A stretch of 64,000 nucleotides of DNA from a virus, in IMG/VR virus record IMGVR_UViG_3300027815_000080, positions 17,358 through 81,357 of that record; one strand, 5' to 3'. Under the pieces are notes generated by a model. That model worked only from the letters and a program-made list of their open reading frames with translations. It was not told where the DNA came from and searched no databases. This document shows, piece after piece, positions 62,801-64,000 of the stretch (its first letter is position 1; each line of letters starts with the position of its first letter). Position numbers and translations under genes: made by a program.

Positions 62801-64000
62801 GGGGCCGCGCCGACCCGGAGACCCCGACGAGCCGGAGCGCCTCCAAAAGATCAAGACCATCGGCGACCTGCTCGACGTGGCGCGGGCCATCGACCCCGTC
62901 ACGCAGCGGGGGCCCTTCGGGGGCGGCAAGCCGATGGCCTGGTGGCGCCGCGCCGACAACATCCAGCGCGGGATGCTGGTGACCAGGCTGTCTACGGCCA
63001 CGTGGAACTTTGGGACGCAGGTGGGCCGGCTTGGGATCGACGTGCTGGACCAGGGGATCCAGGGTGGCCTTCAGCGGGCCTTCGGCAAGGAGGTCACCGC
63101 GCATCCGGCCGACAGCTTCCGGGCGCTGATGGAGGTGTTCGCCCAGGCCAACCCGGCCGAGCACAAGCGGGTCCGCGGACTGGTCGATGCGCTCCTGGAA
63201 GGGCTCCCGCGGGAGCAGGATCGGCTCTTCAACAACTACTCGGCCGATGTGCAGCGGGTGGCCAAGACGCAGGGCGCCGAGAAGATCGCCGAGAAGGCCT
63301 TCGGGGTCGCCGAGAAGACCGTCGAGACCCTGAACATCTTCAACCGCTTCCAGGAGTACGTGGTGCGGCGGGCGGTGTTCCAGGCCGAGCTCGACGCCAA
63401 GCTGCGGGCTCGCGGCATTGACATCGAGGTGGCGGCCAAGGACGACGCGGTCCGTCGCAAAATCCCGATCACCGACATCCGGGACGCAATCCAGAGGTCC
63501 CTCGAGTTGACCTTCTCCGAGGCCCCGGCCTTCGGGTCGCCAGGCTACAACTTCGTCAAGTGGATGAACGGGGTCCCGGGGTTGAGTCTGCTGACCGGCA
63601 TCCGGTTCCCGCGCTTCATGGTCAACAGCATCAAGTTCTTCTTTGAGTTCAGCCCGCTGGGGTTCACCAAGATGATCACCCCGGCCGAACGGGCCAAGTT
63701 CCGGCAGGGCGACATGAAGACCATCAGCCGCGCGACCCTCGGCCTCGGCCTGCTCGGCGCCGCCTATCTGATCCGCTCGCAACAGGACGACGACACCAAA
63801 TGGAACGAGATCCGGCTCCCCGGCATGGAGGACGCCATCGACATCCGGCGGGCGAACCCCTTCGCCGCGTACCTCTTCGTGGCGGACCTCGCCCACCGGG
63901 CGATCAATGGCAGGCTCTACGGGGGCAACATCGCGGCCGAGACGGCCAAGGCCGTGCTGGGCGTCAACGTGCGCGGCGGGACCGGGCTCCAGATGATGGA
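56817..64000 (+). CDS. Giant polyvalent ejection-type protein (>2390 aa, 3'-truncated; missing from ORF track)
   Basis: Starts MSVLDEIADEVF; no stop in the segments I translated, and its absence from the ORF track fits a frame with no stop in the window; ddrB-ParB-like, RelA/SpoT-like and JAB-like domains plus helical C-terminal region. Confidence 0.88.
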   Translation, partial: MSVLDEIADEVFPAEKPTAFSAPAAEKQPAATVSVLDEVADEVFEGKPPKEPEPGILSRAASAVTSAVREGVSATPFGRALGFKPTGPAVAAGAAAPPKDVALPQGPTPEALKATGRSASVIPEPVAPPPPVPVKLGPVPGLEAVTAEAQKAPLLERVSGAAPGSPLPVPERPAPGGMLGRAAATAGVVDPETVRRRAAEAEFAASSVMAKPEGVDPGWWQVQQDIKQARRVVSAMPDQFANRVLFGIPNAIKDTFGFDSPQARAPQSTAEAITGGTGDLAGFIVGPAKVAHAMLATNITKALAPQAGNALGTIMAKSIANEAATLAVASGLAHAGDVTQADSMKEAFHQLGEHVKGGAILGATFGGLGNVIPANTLMQRAARLGVGLGVLDVVQGTSITDDRALAQKVYDYGLNVYFLWKGKDPRAIKASIETAAAARSKPGAEVTPEQVLKSVLDKATERAAKLKDEPAAPGAPAPDRSAELSAILAEELAAATAPLKSAAEVAVEKTGGQIISAPAGAAAAAPEIVLAGGPRPAARPAAPPRPTQNVGIPGQVPTIGAGPVRILGPSGRPVDAIPAPVEGLKSAQDLAAERAKGISRPARPASQAPPAAVPEVPSGATPAVAAASADRPVPSLSFKDYVEVSGKKWPLTSREPDYARLRFEFDDMKKGLYEARPVGDGRWAVINRKTGEEVDHLPSGAKAQLESNRLNVVVTLDAWRNAQVPQAPVRMVLPERKADLSAKPAPEPTVEPGSAAAQQKETEAALTGPKPSAEPPAPAKAPAPPAASVLIGKTQEIRVPAGSKYQIRYEVVEADSMIPSHDPRTFAKDPRYPEGVQNRPYHSDKSEQAKVIRQGQDFEPLFLVSPQPSSGGTPIIAPDSNVVLSGNSRTMSLLRTRGTEAYDRYKAALAEMAPALGLKAEDLAKVQNPVLVRRLVGTDTTPEFYRRFAEETNQGFKKPPKPDEEYLAGGQRVAEEEAPYGASGSPEGEKPRAASASDDRIDPEPQSSQEPLTQAEVLGSQRRTDAPPSGVSTTRDRVPSERVIEEKTAGSAIAATSTPSVKQPVRTVNELLKIAVEHQPGVTGSLKDAIRDIPGAEFLSARIKALDSIEAKTVRKDADADALHDYLGARITVATPEALGRVVDAIERRFRTVEKDDKREAPTAWGYRAMHLDMKTPDGFIFEVQVLPKEVAVYQDLKPNGGHVLYKRWQGRDDLTVAQRDQFAADMAESNARYQAAYDAWRGQGRVAEKPAEYTPEKAPEPELPDYDLPPVSMAEVADAGGGRGVARAAGGLLMRMVGGVAEPKAGYGSVQIRAASYRDKPGFTISGTDTQGRSVKVFSEHRHVAEHIRGKILRGEETMARDFDPEGPARSGRVAEPKALTEGQPLFSPESPYAASQAKARKGATTADRETAQLALFDLDQAAKQPVESIVEKKHAERATKRPLRGENAGAGVRTVSRTIDEFKDKGFIDFRGQTVREGPEGLRDLAVIGQIARDPRYETFRYFYTKGDTIVGSEAFSSRLPGATNIHEGVQRQPAGGFGMAEVDLEIARRRTDQAKSFAGMRRRMERLGADGYYVMHNHPSGRAEPSREDLNTTEYLASKVPGFKGHVVIDSGEYARIVLSDRGHAVATVERLDAQRLDAPKAEDPLLRRVGTQKILSAEDLAQIGRNLKTPENYVSLVHGDASGAVRAVQEMPVNLFMRETEAQNFIRGQQRAFGASSTFAVFKPTGMTLDQARQYIRQGVLTDAIAPGAPAAESALNVLQGRGEMPISGTPREPERDLRTVRVQEEREPYGDFERLKPETRQKLVDFGRDVLKDNKTDFASWSKAMREKLGEKSAGTLPGAWSALMQEQARTQAKPTARPTEGKGGKPPEPPQDIPRSAPPIEPAPGLSEPQLKLGLHKDLLDAAESLFRTGKIERDPTQLLSDQILDAIRDEKIRVEDLVGEFDRRNVNVGDFFRSSVSNAARRMGALGLLQQRINRLEAELAGAGAPPKGPRRPGDPDEPERLQKIKTIGDLLDVARAIDPVTQRGPFGGGKPMAWWRRADNIQRGMLVTRLSTATWNFGTQVGRLGIDVLDQGIQGGLQRAFGKEVTAHPADSFRALMEVFAQANPAEHKRVRGLVDALLEGLPREQDRLFNNYSADVQRVAKTQGAEKIAEKAFGVAEKTVETLNIFNRFQEYVVRRAVFQAELDAKLRARGIDIEVAAKDDAVRRKIPITDIRDAIQRSLELTFSEAPAFGSPGYNFVKWMNGVPGLSLLTGIRFPRFMVNSIKFFFEFSPLGFTKMITPAERAKFRQGDMKTISRATLGLGLLGAAYLIRSQQDDDTKWNEIRLPGMEDAIDIRRANPFAAYLFVADLAHRAINGRLYGGNIAAETAKAVLGVNVRGGTGLQMM
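59190..59690 (+). other. ddrB-like ParB domain within the giant protein
   Basis: YEVVEADSMIPSH...YPEGVQNRPY...GTPII....VLSGNSRTM.L...PVLVRR. Confidence 0.75.
59699..59719 (-). terminator. Hairpin downstream of the nested antisense gene
   Basis: GCCAGAT-7nt-ATCTGGC, followed on the minus strand by TTCGGTGGTTTCTT. Confidence 0.45.
59753..59974 (-). CDS. Nested antisense gene (73 aa), candidate antitoxin/immunity protein
   Basis: GGAGGT-N7-ATG, own promoter, Trp-rich globular-looking product, not in the codon-aligned shadow frame. Confidence 0.75.
   Translation of the reverse strand: MALPAVFSSITLSEGTLSRVVETPDGGASVRRWDPKTSAWVKGSWDDWGSGSILSSDALAARGFSPSGEPLAP
59994..60022 (-). promoter_or_regulatory. 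Near-consensus sigma70 promoter for the nested gene
   Basis: TTGACC (60022-60017)-N17-TACACT (59999-59994). Confidence 0.8.
60003..60545 (+). other. RelA/SpoT-like nucleotide pyrophosphokinase domain within the giant protein
   Basis: RIKALDSIEAK, HDYLGARI, GYRAMHL, FEVQV, HVLYK. Confidence 0.8.
61200..61680 (+). other. JAB/RadC-like domain within the giant protein
   Basis: RDPRYETFRY...MHNHPSGRAEPSREDLNTT...GHVVID. Confidence 0.8.

Noticed and set aside
1-64000. CRISPR array, tRNA, rRNA, integrase/att site, diversity-generating retroelement
   Set aside because: No spaced direct repeats, cloverleaf, recombinase or reverse transcriptase motifs, or TR/VR pair recognised by eye; tRNAscan-SE and a self dot-plot would be decisive
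1-64000. Stop-codon reassignment
   Set aside because: Core genes are intact under the standard code and TAA, TAG and TGA all end genes

Overview
GC-rich (roughly two-thirds GC by eye) stretch of a tailed dsDNA bacteriophage or prophage with a podovirus-type (P22/N4-like) virion module. Almost all genes are on the + strand, and no integrase, rRNA, tRNA or CRISPR array is visible. Positions 1-22.4 kb hold many small accessory genes plus a RusA-like resolvase, HNH endonucleases, a Gp37Gp68 (DUF5131) protein, a probable small terminase, an intein-containing large terminase, a replication/loader protein, a DNA methyltransferase with an in-frame LAGLIDADG insertion and a metallopeptidase. Positions 22.5-64 kb hold lysis-like genes, a 1461-aa ejection-like protein, portal, scaffold, major capsid, adaptor, nozzle, fibre/receptor-binding candidates, ejection proteins and a >2390-aa polyvalent protein that runs off the window end. 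Four observations stand out. (1) A complete antisense transcription unit (near-consensus sigma70 promoter, GGAGGT SD, 73-aa ORF, hairpin) is nested inside the giant gene directly before its RelA/SpoT-like domain, and is a candidate hidden antitoxin. (2) An O-antigen-ligase/OTase-like membrane enzyme sits inside the virion module together with four structural-position proteins carrying Sec signal peptides, a candidate periplasmic virion-maturation or glycosylation system. (3) Two families of repeated palindromic sites occur in the left arm. (4) A LAGLIDADG domain with no intein splicing motifs is inserted in the methyltransferase. All family assignments come from motif recognition by eye, not database searches.
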